From an uncultured Actinomycetota bacterium (GTDB lineage Bacteria; Actinomycetota; UBA4738; HRBIN12): 64,000 nt of DNA. Below are positions 37,321-47,207 of this stretch, one piece after another. The position numbers were made by a program, and so were the translations under genes. The notes beneath the pieces were generated by a model that saw nothing but the letters and a program-made list of their open reading frames with translations, was not told the DNA's origin and ran no database searches. Location: assembly GCA_963788925.1 (NCBI GenBank), contig CAWBIH010000002.1, positions 580,478 through 644,477 on the forward strand, written 5' to 3'. Each line of letters begins with the position of its first letter. Position 1 is the first letter of the stretch.

Positions 37321-38142
37321 ATGACGGGCAAGGCGATGCGACTGAAGCGCGTGATCGACCCGGCGGGGGTGTCGGTGATCTGCGCGCTGGACCACGGGAT
37401 GACGTCACCCACGTTCCTGGAACCGTTGGCGGACATCACGACCCGGGCGGCGGAGACCGTGGCCGGCGGAGCGAACGTCATCATGATGAGCAAGGGCATG
37501 ATCCGGATCGCCGAGCCGGCGTTCTCACCGACGACGTCTTTGGCGTTGCTCCTCTCCGCCTCGGCGAGTCCCGACGGCGACCGGCCCGAGATCGTGCAGA
37601 TCGCGGAGGTCGAGGAGGCACTCGTTCTCGGGGCCGACGCGGTGGTCCTGTTCACCGCCCTCGGTGGAGATACCGAGTCCTCGATGATCGAGATCCTCGC
37701 CGGCGTGGGGCGCGAGTGCGGCGCGCTGGGGATGCCGTTCATCGCGGAGGCGGAGTTCCCGACGACGTACGCGAGCGTCGAAGCGCTGAAGGATCAGTAC
37801 GGCTTCGAGTACCTGCGGCGCAACGTTCGACTCTGCGCGGAGCTCGGCGCGGACATCGTGAAGACGAACTGGCCGGGCGACGCAGACGCGTTCGCCAAGT
37901 TGGTCGAAGCGACCAACGGGCTTCCGGTGGTGCTCGCCGGCGGCTCCCGCCTCGAGGACGCGGAGCTGCTCACGCGGATGGAGCAGGCGGTCGCGGCGGG
38001 CGCGATCGGCTGCTCCGTCGGGCGGAACATCTTCATGCACCGCTCGCCGGAAGCGATCACGCGCGCGCTCGCGCGCGTGATCCGCGAGAAGTGGAGCGCC
38101 GACAAGGCTCTGTCGGCGCTCCAGGAAGAGCTCGCCGGCTGA
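37321..38142 (+). CDS. DhnA-type class I aldolase (archaeal-type FBP aldolase / LsrF-like family)
   Basis: GAGGAGG SD 5 nt upstream. Schiff-base lysine context DIVKTNWPG. 273 aa. Confidence 0.75.
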   Translation: MTGKAMRLKRVIDPAGVSVICALDHGMTSPTFLEPLADITTRAAETVAGGANVIMMSKGMIRIAEPAFSPTTSLALLLSASASPDGDRPEIVQIAEVEEALVLGADAVVLFTALGGDTESSMIEILAGVGRECGALGMPFIAEAEFPTTYASVEALKDQYGFEYLRRNVRLCAELGADIVKTNWPGDADAFAKLVEATNGLPVVLAGGSRLEDAELLTRMEQAVAAGAIGCSVGRNIFMHRSPEAITRALARVIREKWSADKALSALQEELAG

Positions 38143-39197
38143 TGCGCGCGGCGTTCATGACCGGCGTCAACGCGGTCGAGGTCCGGGAGGACGCCGAGGA
38201 GCCATCGCTCGACCCGCGCGGAGCCATCTTGCGGGTCGAGGCCTGCGGCATCTGCGGGACCGACGCGCGGACGTTCTTCAACGGGGACCCCAAGGCGCCC
38301 GTGCCCTGGCAGCTCGGCCACGAGCCCGTCGGCGTCTTGGAGGAAGTGGGTGCTGAGGCTGATCTGCCCTCCGGTGTCGCGAAAGGCGACCGGGTCTTCC
38401 TCGGCTCGATCCTCACGTGCGGCGAGTGCCGGTGGTGCATGGAAGGCTTCCAGAACCTCTGCGAAGACCATCTGCTCTACGGGTACGACCCCTTCCCCGG
38501 GGCATACGCCGAGCGGGCGGGCGTGCCGCCGATCGCGACGAAGAACCTGATCCCGCTCCCGCCGGAGCTGCCGAGCGATCTCGCGACGGTCGCCGATCCG
38601 TTCGCGTGCGCGCTGAATGGGATCGAACAGCTGGACATCAGACTCGGCGACACCGTGGTGATCCTGGGCACCGGGCCGATCGGGTGCTGGCAGGCCGTGA
38701 TGGCGCGAGACCGGGGTGCCTCGAAGGTGTTCATGTCGGACGTCTCCGCCGAACGCCTCGAGATCGCTCTCGATGCGATCGGGCAGGCGGTCGACGACGC
38801 CTGGGTCGCCGGCGAGGACAACGGTGTCTCGGAGGTCCTGTCGCGGACCGGAGGTGTCGGCGCCGAGCGCATCAGCGTCGCTGCGCCGGCGAAGCCGGCG
38901 CAGCAAGCGGCGCTCGAGATGGCGGCCAAGCGCGCGAAGGTCGTCTACTTCGCGGGCTTGCCGAAGCACGACCCCGTGAGCCCACTCGACATGAACCAGC
39001 TCCACTACAAGGAGCTGTCGGTGCTGGGCGCCTACGGCGCGACGCATCGCCAATACCGGATCACGATGGACTACCTCGACCGCAAACAGGAAGAGCTCGC
39101 GAAGGTCGTCACCCACCGTTGGCCGCTCGAGAAGATCGCCGAGGCGTTCGAGACGATCCGCGCCGGCACCGGCTTGAAGATGGTGGTCATGCCATGA
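38142..39197 (+). CDS. Zinc-dependent alcohol/polyol dehydrogenase (MDR family, threonine/sorbitol DH-like)
   Basis: GHEPVGVLEEVG catalytic-Zn motif. Structural Zn CGECRWCMEGFQNLC. GTGPIG NAD motif. ATGA overlap with the aldolase. Confidence 0.8.
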   Translation: MRAAFMTGVNAVEVREDAEEPSLDPRGAILRVEACGICGTDARTFFNGDPKAPVPWQLGHEPVGVLEEVGAEADLPSGVAKGDRVFLGSILTCGECRWCMEGFQNLCEDHLLYGYDPFPGAYAERAGVPPIATKNLIPLPPELPSDLATVADPFACALNGIEQLDIRLGDTVVILGTGPIGCWQAVMARDRGASKVFMSDVSAERLEIALDAIGQAVDDAWVAGEDNGVSEVLSRTGGVGAERISVAAPAKPAQQAALEMAAKRAKVVYFAGLPKHDPVSPLDMNQLHYKELSVLGAYGATHRQYRITMDYLDRKQEELAKVVTHRWPLEKIAEAFETIRAGTGLKMVVMP

Positions 39198-39216
39198 CGG
39201 CAGGGATGAGGCTCCC

Positions 39217-40743
39217 GTGACCGGTCCATACGTGATCGGCTGCGACGTCGGTAGTCAGGGGACGAACGCCGCGCTGTATTCGGCGGACGGCGAGCTCGTC
39301 GCCTCCGCGTACGAGGCCTACGACCTCTCGTTCCCGCACCCGGGGTGGGCAGAACAGGACCCGGATCTGTGGACGGCGGCCATGGAGACGGCATGCCGGC
39401 GGCTGGTCGCCGAGTGCCCGGACGGGCCCTCGGCGATCCGAGGGCTCTCGTTCGGATCCCAGCTCGACGGGATGGTGGTGTGCGACGCGGAGGGCCGCCG
39501 CCTGCGGCCCGCCCTCATCTGGATGGATCGCAGGGCGGAAGCGCAGGCGGCGGCCCTCGCCCTGCGGATCTCGCCGCAGGAGTTCTACCGGGCGGTGGGT
39601 GCGAACCTCGACTCGTCCCACGCGGTGTTCAAGGCGCTGTGGGTCCGCGATGAGGAGCCCGACATCTGGAAAGAGGTCTCGCTCCTCATGTCGCCGGGTT
39701 CGTACGTCCTCCGTCATGCGACCGGTGTGGTTGCGGTCGATCCCTCGAACGCGTCGTCCCTGGCCCTCCTCGACCCTCGGACGAAGGAGTGGTCGCCCGA
39801 GGCGCTGGACGCGACGGGGATCGATCCGTCGATGCTTCCCGAGCTGGGCGACGCAACGAAGGCGGTCGGCACAGTGACCGCGACCTTCGCCGAGGCGAGC
39901 GGTCTCTCTCCGGAGACCGTCGTCGCGATCGGATGTGGCGACGAGATGGCGGCCACGCTCGGCGCCGGTGTCTTCGAGCCGGGTGAGGTGTGCGACGTGG
40001 TGGGGACCGCCGAGCCCGTGTGCGCGGCGAGTGCCGAGCCGCGGGAGGATCCGACGATGCTCGTCGAGTGCCATCCCCACGCCGATCCGGACGCCTGGTT
40101 GCTCGAGAACCCGGGGTTCGTCTCGGGCGGCAATCTGCGCTGGTGGCGAGACCAGTTCGCGGTCGAGGAGCGACGGAACGAGGAGAAAGGGCTGGGTGAC
40201 GCGTACGACCAGCTGAGCGAAGAGGCCTCACAGATCCCTGCGGGGAGTGACGGGGTGATCTTCCTCCCGGCGATGCAGGGGGCGATGGCTCCTGAATGGA
40301 ACGGGGCGGCGCGGGGCGTTTTCTACGGGCTCACGCTCGCGCACACGCGAGACCACATGACGCGGGCGATCCTCGAGGGGAGCGCCTTCGCACTCCGCGA
40401 CATCCTCGAGGCGATGAAGGCCTCCGGGCTCGGCGTCCGCCGTCTGACGATCGTCGGCGGCGGCGCGAAAGGTCCGCTCTGGCGCCAGATCAAGGCCGAC
40501 GTCACCGGTCTCCCGGTGCGTGTCCCGGAGAGCGTGGAGACCACCGCCACGGGAGCCGCGATCCTCGCCGCCGTCGGCGCGGGCGTTCACAGCGGCGTCG
40601 CCGATGCGGTGAAGGCGTTCGTGTCCTTCCGCCCCGACGAGCACGAGCCCGATCCTTCCGCCCGCGAGGCCTACGACGAGGCCTACCGCCGGTATCGCGA
40701 GCTCTATTTCGCGCTCGTGCCGATCTTCGGGAGCGGGTCGTAG
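39217..40743 (+). CDS. FGGY-family carbohydrate kinase (xylulokinase/LsrK-like)
   Basis: N-terminal VIGCDVGSQGTNAALY. FGGY C-terminal ATPase motifs (TIVGGGAKGPLWRQI). 508 aa. Confidence 0.85.
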   Translation: MTGPYVIGCDVGSQGTNAALYSADGELVASAYEAYDLSFPHPGWAEQDPDLWTAAMETACRRLVAECPDGPSAIRGLSFGSQLDGMVVCDAEGRRLRPALIWMDRRAEAQAAALALRISPQEFYRAVGANLDSSHAVFKALWVRDEEPDIWKEVSLLMSPGSYVLRHATGVVAVDPSNASSLALLDPRTKEWSPEALDATGIDPSMLPELGDATKAVGTVTATFAEASGLSPETVVAIGCGDEMAATLGAGVFEPGEVCDVVGTAEPVCAASAEPREDPTMLVECHPHADPDAWLLENPGFVSGGNLRWWRDQFAVEERRNEEKGLGDAYDQLSEEASQIPAGSDGVIFLPAMQGAMAPEWNGAARGVFYGLTLAHTRDHMTRAILEGSAFALRDILEAMKASGLGVRRLTIVGGGAKGPLWRQIKADVTGLPVRVPESVETTATGAAILAAVGAGVHSGVADAVKAFVSFRPDEHEPDPSAREAYDEAYRRYRELYFALVPIFGSGS

Positions 40744-40753
40744 CGGCCCAGCG

Positions 40754-41170
40754 CTAGGAGCTATCCAGCTCTCTCTGGATGCGGTGGCGGAGCTCGGTCA
40801 AGGAATCGAGCGCATGGTGAAGAGCGGACCGCACCCCCGCCGGAGCATGGTCCAGCAGTCCCTCGAGCTCTCGCGAGACGTCGTCCAGCCGCCGCTTCGA
40901 CCGGCGGAGGGCTTGCCGTGATTCCGTCGTGGGGTTCTTACGGAACTCCTCGGACGCCTGCCTGGCGTCGTCGGCGGCATCCATCGCGTGGGCGGCGGCC
41001 TCCCGCAGCGGTCCCTCGGCCTGTCCGGCGAGGTCCTCAAGAGCATCGCCCGCGTCACGCAGAGCCTTCTCGGTGTCCTTGCCGAGCTGGCGCAGGTCCC
41101 CTTCGCTGCATCCCGCGAGGAGCGCGGCCACGACCGTCACCGCGATGAGACCGGTCTTCTTCACGCGCAA
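40754..41170 (-). CDS. Hypothetical lipoprotein (helical)
   Basis: Signal peptide with lipobox LLAGC. Ala/Glu/Arg-rich helical body. Confidence 0.55.
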   Translation of the reverse strand: MRVKKTGLIAVTVVAALLAGCSEGDLRQLGKDTEKALRDAGDALEDLAGQAEGPLREAAAHAMDAADDARQASEEFRKNPTTESRQALRRSKRRLDDVSRELEGLLDHAPAGVRSALHHALDSLTELRHRIQRELDSS

Positions 41171-41200
41171 GCCTTACCCGACTGCCGAGCCGTTCACCCC

Positions 41201-42583
41201 TCAGCCTCGTTCGAAGTAGCGGATCAGCTCCCAGTCGGTGACGGTCTGGTTGTCGAAGATGATCTGCTCCTGGCGGGCCATGTTCACGAGGTGACCGAAT
41301 GCGAAATCTCCGAACGCCTCTCGCATGACCTCAGAGCGTTCCATCTCGGCGATCGCCTCATGGAGGGAGGAGGGCACCCGTTCGGCGTCCTTGGATTCGT
41401 ATGCGTTCCCTTCGAAGAGCGGAGGGCATTCGATCTCGTTCTGGATCCCGTGCAGGCCGGCCGCGATGGTCGCCGCATAGCCGAGATAGGGATTGACATC
41501 ACCGCCGGGCAGTCGCGATTCCACACGATTGCCCTGATGCTCACCGACCACGCGGAACCCGCACGTCCGGTTGTCGTGGCTCCACAGGATAGCCGTGGGG
41601 GCCCACGATCCGAGCTGATAGCGCTTGTAGGAGTTCACGAACGGCGCGTACATCCACGCCATCTCCCGTGAGGTCGACATCAACCCGCCGAGCATGTGCT
41701 TGAAGGTCGGGCTCATGTGGTTCGGATCGTCGTCGTCCCACATCAGCGACTCGGATCCGTCCTCGTTCCACACGCTCGAGTGCATGTGACAGGAGGAGCC
41801 GGCCTCGTCCATGGTCCACTTCGCCATGAACGTGATCGCGGCGCCATTCAGGGCGGCGATCTCCTTCGTCCCGTGCTTGTAGAGCGCGTGGTAGTCGGCG
41901 GTCGAGAGCGCGTCCGCGTAGGTGACGTTGATCTCGTGTTGGCCCCGACCGAACTCGCCCTTCGAGAACTCGATCGGGATACCCGCGGCGAGCATCCCGT
42001 TCCTGATCTGGCGGATCAGCCACTCGTCCTTGGTGGTCGCGAGCATGTGGTAGTCCATGATGTACGGCGATGAGGGCTGAAGTCCCTGGTAGCGCTTCGC
42101 GGCGGCCTCTTCGTACGACTCCTTGAAGAGATAGAACTCGAGCTCGGACCCTGTCTTGAACGTGTAGCCGGCCGCCTTCGCTCGCTCCATCTGTCGGCGG
42201 AGGATCGTTCGCGGCGCCACCTCGACCAGCTCGCTCGTGTGTTCGTCTGCGACGTCACAGATCACCATCGCCGTCTTCTCGAGCCATGGCACGAGTCGCA
42301 TCGTCGCCATGTCCGGGATCATCTTGAAGTCGCCGTAGCCGGTCTCCCAGCTCGCGTATTCGAAACCGGGCAGCGGCTCCATCTCCATGTCGATCGCGAT
42401 GAGGTACAGGCACGCGTGCAGGCCCTCTTCGCCCATGACTTCCTCGAGGAAGAAGTGGGGGAGGATCCGCTTCCCCACGAACCGCCCCTGGAAGTCCGTG
42501 AACATGCACAGGACGGTGTCGATCTCGCCGGCGTCGGCGAGCTCTTCGAGCTGCTTCGCGTCGATCATGCCCTGCGGCTGCAT
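41201..42583 (-). CDS. Glutamine synthetase family protein (gamma-glutamyl-amine ligase, GlnA4/PuuA-like)
   Basis: GS catalytic-domain motifs throughout 460 aa. Sits downstream of the Eat permease in the same orientation. Confidence 0.85.
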   Translation of the reverse strand: MQPQGMIDAKQLEELADAGEIDTVLCMFTDFQGRFVGKRILPHFFLEEVMGEEGLHACLYLIAIDMEMEPLPGFEYASWETGYGDFKMIPDMATMRLVPWLEKTAMVICDVADEHTSELVEVAPRTILRRQMERAKAAGYTFKTGSELEFYLFKESYEEAAAKRYQGLQPSSPYIMDYHMLATTKDEWLIRQIRNGMLAAGIPIEFSKGEFGRGQHEINVTYADALSTADYHALYKHGTKEIAALNGAAITFMAKWTMDEAGSSCHMHSSVWNEDGSESLMWDDDDPNHMSPTFKHMLGGLMSTSREMAWMYAPFVNSYKRYQLGSWAPTAILWSHDNRTCGFRVVGEHQGNRVESRLPGGDVNPYLGYAATIAAGLHGIQNEIECPPLFEGNAYESKDAERVPSSLHEAIAEMERSEVMREAFGDFAFGHLVNMARQEQIIFDNQTVTDWELIRYFERG

Positions 42584-44332
42584 CGTTCCTCCCTCGGGCC
42601 GGGACGGTGAGCGCGGCGGCCGTTCCCGGCCGCCGCGCTCGGAACCGCTTCGTTCGTGGTACTAGCTCTCCGGGGGAGGAGGCGGTGGCGATGCCGACAG
42701 GCGGTACCTCCGCCGCTCCTCCGCCGTCGGAGGATGGCCTCCTGTGCAGCGGCGCTCGTTTCGTACGTGGCCTGCGGTACGCCTTGCTCGCCCTGGGTGA
42801 GCGCGAACTCCTCCTCCGGCGAGAGCACCAGTCGGTTCCGGCCGGCGACCGCGAAGTACAGCACGCCGAGCACGTAGTAGATCGCGACGCCGTAGACACC
42901 CGGTCGATATCCCTCGTTGAGGAAGATGGAGATCAGGGCGGTAGCGGCCAGAAGGCCTGCCACGACCGCTCCGGGGACCCCCAACTTGCTGATGTATGGC
43001 CGCTCGATGTTCGGCAGGTTCCGCCGCAGCAGGACGAACGACACCATCTGCAGGATGTACGAGATCACGGCGGCGAACACCGCCATGTTGAGCAGCGCCG
43101 CCACGATCTGCGCACCCAGCTCGGCTTCCTGGAGGATGAACACGAGCACTGCCACGGCGTAGCCGACGACCGCTCCGGCGATCAGCGCCACGTGAGGCGT
43201 CCTCCGCTCACCGTGCGTGATGGAGAGGAACGAGGGGAAGTATCCCGCTCGTGACAATGAGTACGTGTTCCGTCCGTAGGCGTAGATGATCGTGAAGAAG
43301 CTCGCGATCAGGCCGATCATGAAGAGGATGCCTAGGAGGTACGCGACCTTCTCGCCCGAGAAGACCGCCTTGAAGCCGTCGAGGAGCGGGAAGCCGAGAC
43401 GCACCGTAGAGCGAAGCCCCGCCGGGCAGCCCGGTGTTGATGAACAGCGTCAACACGGCCGCGATCACCAGCGTGTGCATCGCGAGCACAGAGCCTCTGG
43501 GGACGTCCCGCCGGGGATCCATCGACTCCTCCGCGGCCAAGGGAACCTCTTCGATCGCAAGGAAGAACCAGATCGCGAACGGGAGCGCCTTGAAGATGCC
43601 GCCGATCCCGAACGGGAATAACGGCCCGCCGCCTCCCTTGAGGAAGTCTTCGCCAGCGACTCCGTCCTTGGGCAGGTTCGTCCACAAGCTCGGATCGAAC
43701 TTCCCGGACACGAGCGCAGCGATGAAGAAGAACGCCAGGACGGCGAGGGAGAGGACCGTGATCGCGACAGTGAACTTCATCGTCGCCTCGATCCCAACGA
43801 TGTTGATCCAGACGAAGATCACGTAGAAGACCGCCCACCAGAACGGAAGGCTGTTCCACCAGGCGATGCCGACGATATCGCCCGCCGCGTCGAACCGGCC
43901 GCCAGCCTCGAACAGGCCGACCACGATCTGCTGCATCAGTAGGCCCATCGCGCCCACGACCACCGCCGGCGTGATGACGTACTCCATGTTCTCGGCGAGA
44001 CCGGTGAGGAACCCTCCCCAGGGACCCATCGCCGAGCGTGCGAAGGAATACGCTCCGCCCGTGTGAGGGAGGGCGGGGGACATCTCGGCGATCGAGTACA
44101 CGAGGCCGTAGTACATGATCGCCATGACCACGCCGGCGACCAGCAAGCCCCCGAACCCCCCGGTTCCGAGGCCGAAGTTCCATCCGTAGTACTCGCCGGA
44201 GATCACGGCCCCGACGCCGAGCGCCCAGAGGGACGTCACGCCGGCATGGCGACGGAGACCCCGCTTGTCGAAGTAGTCCTCGCCCACCTCCCGATAGGTG
44301 ACGGAGCCAAGCTTCCGTTCGGACATCGTCAT
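42565..44332 (-). CDS. Ethanolamine/amine permease (Eat/APC family), apparently frameshifted near 43395-43410
   Basis: N-terminal about 310 aa in one frame (…SLWALGVGAVISGEYYGWNFGL…). The C-terminal TM helices are in another frame (42565-43404). The C-terminal tail may contain a second shift. Confidence 0.6.
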
Positions 44333-44416
44333 CCTCCCTGGAGCCTGGACCCGCCCGCGGCTCCGGCGGTATCGAGCCACACCGCGGATTTGCTGTCAAA
44401 CCATGGAGCGCAGGGG

Positions 44417-44692
44417 TCAACGAGCGGGCGAGCGCCGGAGCGCGATCACGGCGAAGACCAGTGTGAGGAGCGCCAGCGTCGTGAGGAACGGCAGGTCGAT
44501 GGAATCGGTGACGAGGTCGAGGAGCAGCCCAGCCACGAAGGCGTACGCGAGTGTGCGGGCATGCACATGGATCCCCGCCCAGCGCATCAAGAGGATCAGC
44601 GTCACGACCAACACAAGGGGTGCGATGTCCCAGCCACCCTCGATGGTGGGTCCCGGCCCGCCGACGGCAAGCAGTCTCGGGAACTCGAGCAT
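44417..44692 (-). CDS. Small hypothetical membrane protein (2 TM)
   Basis: 91 aa with high GC3. Sits 4 nt after the SDR stop. Confidence 0.45.
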   Translation of the reverse strand: MLEFPRLLAVGGPGPTIEGGWDIAPLVLVVTLILLMRWAGIHVHARTLAYAFVAGLLLDLVTDSIDLPFLTTLALLTLVFAVIALRRSPAR

Positions 44693-44696
44693 CGGT

Positions 44697-45476
44697 TCAG
44701 TCCTCGGGTGTGACGTACGCGGCGGTGATCCCGCCGTCCACGATCAACGACGTGCCCGTCATATAGCTCGAGTCATCACTCGCGAGGAAGAGTGCTGCCT
44801 TGGCGAGCTCTTCCGCCTGGCCGAGCCGGCCCATCGGGATGTGGACGAACCGCCGCTGGCGGCGGGCGGGATCGGAGAGCAGCTCCGTGAGCAGCGGCGT
44901 GTCGATGGGCCCGGGGCAGAGGGCGTTGCAACGGATCCCCTGCCGCGCGTACTCCACCGCCATCTCGCGCGTCATCGCGAGGACGGCCCCTTTCGAGGCG
45001 GTATAGGCGGTCTGCGAGGTCGCGGCGCCCATCCAGGCGACGAACGAGGCCACGTTGATCACGGAGCCGCCGCCCGAATCGATCATGGCGGGGATCCCGT
45101 ACTTGCACCCGTGCGCGACGCCCTTCACGTTGATCCCGAGGGTCGTGTCCCAGATCGACTCGTCCGTCGAGTGGACCGACCCGTCGTCGGCCAACATCAC
45201 GCCGGCATTGTTGTAGAGGACCGTGAGGCCGCCGTACGAGCTGACCGCGGCAGCCACCATGGCTTTCGCGTCCGATTCACTGGACACGTCGGCGTGCACG
45301 TAGGTCGCCTCGCCTCCGCCGCCGCGGATCTTCTCGGCGACCTGCTCACCGGCGTCGTCGACGACGTCGGTGAGCACGACCTTGGCCCCTTCAGAGGCGA
45401 AGAGTTCCGATGCGACCATCCCCATGCCGCTCGCGCCGCCAGTGATCAGCGCCACCTTGCCGTCAAGCCGCCCCAT
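44697..45476 (-). CDS. Short-chain dehydrogenase/reductase (SDR)
   Basis: TGGASGMG cofactor motif. Catalytic YxxxK (YTASK). 259 aa. Confidence 0.85.
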   Translation of the reverse strand: MGRLDGKVALITGGASGMGMVASELFASEGAKVVLTDVVDDAGEQVAEKIRGGGGEATYVHADVSSESDAKAMVAAAVSSYGGLTVLYNNAGVMLADDGSVHSTDESIWDTTLGINVKGVAHGCKYGIPAMIDSGGGSVINVASFVAWMGAATSQTAYTASKGAVLAMTREMAVEYARQGIRCNALCPGPIDTPLLTELLSDPARRQRRFVHIPMGRLGQAEELAKAALFLASDDSSYMTGTSLIVDGGITAAYVTPED

Positions 45477-45580
45477 CGCTCCTCTTCCTCCCCTTCCGGA
45501 TGCGGGCGAAGGATAGCCCGCGCACGACGGCCGTATCGCCGCGCGAATGGGCTCGGGACCGCTTCAGTAGACTCGAGCAC

Positions 45581-46114
45581 ATGCCTGAACTCCCTGACGA
45601 GATCAAAGCCCGCCCGAAGCGCAAGCCCGGACAGGAGCCGACCGCGTCACTCACCCTCGAGGCCTACCAGCGGCTCAAGGCCGAGCTCGAGGAGCTGGTG
45701 AACGTCGGACGCGAGCGGATGTCGGAGCGCCTCAAGGTGGCACGCGAGCACGGCGACATCCGGGAGAACGCCGAGTACGACGCGGCCAAGGATGCTCAAG
45801 GCTTGATGGAATCGCAGATCCGGCGGCTGAAGGAGGCGCTCCGCGATCCGGAGATCATCGAAGCCCCGGTCGCCGCGGACAAGGTCGTGCCCCACATGCT
45901 CGTCACGGTCCGTTCCCTCGACGATGACGACGAGGAAACGTACCTCTTGGCAGAGCACGGCGAGGAGAAGGCGCCCGGTGCTCGGACCGTGACCACGTCG
46001 TCTCCGTTGGGCCGCGTCTTGGTCGGAGCGTCCAAGGACCAGGAGATCGTGGTGAAGGCCCCAGGCGGTAGCTTCAAGTACATCGTCGTCGGCTTCGAGC
46101 CATTCGTGGGTTGA
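45581..46114 (+). CDS. greA: Transcription elongation factor GreA
   Basis: ATG 45581. GreA N-terminal coiled coil and C-terminal FKBP-like domain (LTLEAYQRLKAELEEL...RENAEYDAAK). Confidence 0.85.
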   Translation: MPELPDEIKARPKRKPGQEPTASLTLEAYQRLKAELEELVNVGRERMSERLKVAREHGDIRENAEYDAAKDAQGLMESQIRRLKEALRDPEIIEAPVAADKVVPHMLVTVRSLDDDDEETYLLAEHGEEKAPGARTVTTSSPLGRVLVGASKDQEIVVKAPGGSFKYIVVGFEPFVG

Positions 46115-46127
46115 TGAGCGCGAGCTG

Positions 46128-46802
46128 ATGGGTCGGCGCTCGGCCACCGGGCATCGCTCGAGACCGCATGCCGAACGCGAGATCCCGAAGGTTCGCGACC
46201 TCCCGAAACCTCGGAAGAACCGCTCGGCTGCGGGGGGCGCGATCCAATGGCTATTCCAATGGCCGTATCGAGCCATCCTCGCGTTCCTGATCTGGACGCG
46301 GGTCCGGCCCCTCCATCTCACCCTGCTGGCGTTGGCTCTGAACGTCCTCACGGGGGCGCTCATCATCGCGGGGGAGTGGTTCGCCGCGGGATGGGCGTTG
46401 CTGGCGGCGGGCCTCTGCGACGTCTTCGACGGGTCGGTCGCGAGACACTACGGGCAGCAGAAGCGATCGGGCGCCTTCATGGATTCGGTGTTCGACCGCA
46501 TCTCGGACGCGATCTTGTTCGCCTGCCTGTTCTGGGCATTGGCGGACGACGGCAGGCGGCTCGACGCCGCGCTCGCCCTGTTCACGCTCGTGGTCAGCCT
46601 GTCGGTGAGCCACATCCGAGCGGAGGCCGAAGCCGTCGGCGTGCAACTCACCGAGGGTTTCTTCCAACGGCTCGAGCGGTTCATCGCGCTGCTCATCGGG
46701 CTGGTCGTCCCCGGCGCGATGACCCCGATCCTCGTGATCTTGGCGGTGCTCGGAGCCGTGACCGCGCTTCAACGCGGCTGGTCGGCGCTGGTGCGGGCGT
46801 AA
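46128..46802 (+). CDS. CDP-alcohol phosphatidyltransferase family protein
   Basis: Motif DVFDGSVARHYGQQKRSGAFMDSVFDRISD (D-G-x2-A-R...G-x3-D-x3-D). Confidence 0.75.
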   Translation: MGRRSATGHRSRPHAEREIPKVRDLPKPRKNRSAAGGAIQWLFQWPYRAILAFLIWTRVRPLHLTLLALALNVLTGALIIAGEWFAAGWALLAAGLCDVFDGSVARHYGQQKRSGAFMDSVFDRISDAILFACLFWALADDGRRLDAALALFTLVVSLSVSHIRAEAEAVGVQLTEGFFQRLERFIALLIGLVVPGAMTPILVILAVLGAVTALQRGWSALVRA

Positions 46803-46805
46803 AGC

Positions 46806-47129
46806 GTGGATTTCATCCGCGTCGGGTCGATCGCGGAGATCCCCGAGGGAGAGATCCGCGCGTTCGATCTGCCCGCGGGCCGCGTGGCCATCGTGCACGT
46901 GGAGGCGCGGTTGTTCGCGTTCGCCGACGAGTGCACGCACGCGGGGTGCGCTCTCTCCGAGGGGGCGTTCGACGACCGCGAGTCGACCGTCGAATGCCCG
47001 TGCCATGGGAGCGTTTTCGACGTCGAGACGGGCGAGCCGGTCGAAGGACCGGCACAGGATCCCGTGGCCGTCCACCAGGCGCGCCTGGTGGACGGCTGGG
47101 TCGAGGTCGCCTCGCAGCCGGTCCCCTAG
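46806..47129 (+). CDS. Rieske [2Fe-2S] ferredoxin-like small protein
   Basis: CTHAGCAL...CPCHGS (CxH...CxxH). 107 aa. GTG start. Confidence 0.75.
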   Translation: MDFIRVGSIAEIPEGEIRAFDLPAGRVAIVHVEARLFAFADECTHAGCALSEGAFDDRESTVECPCHGSVFDVETGEPVEGPAQDPVAVHQARLVDGWVEVASQPVP

Positions 47130-47207
47130 GACCAGCTGCTCCGGACTGGCTCCGTCACGGCGGTGCGAGTAGGCTCGCCCCTTCCGGCGAACGAGGAGGC
47201 TTCCCCG

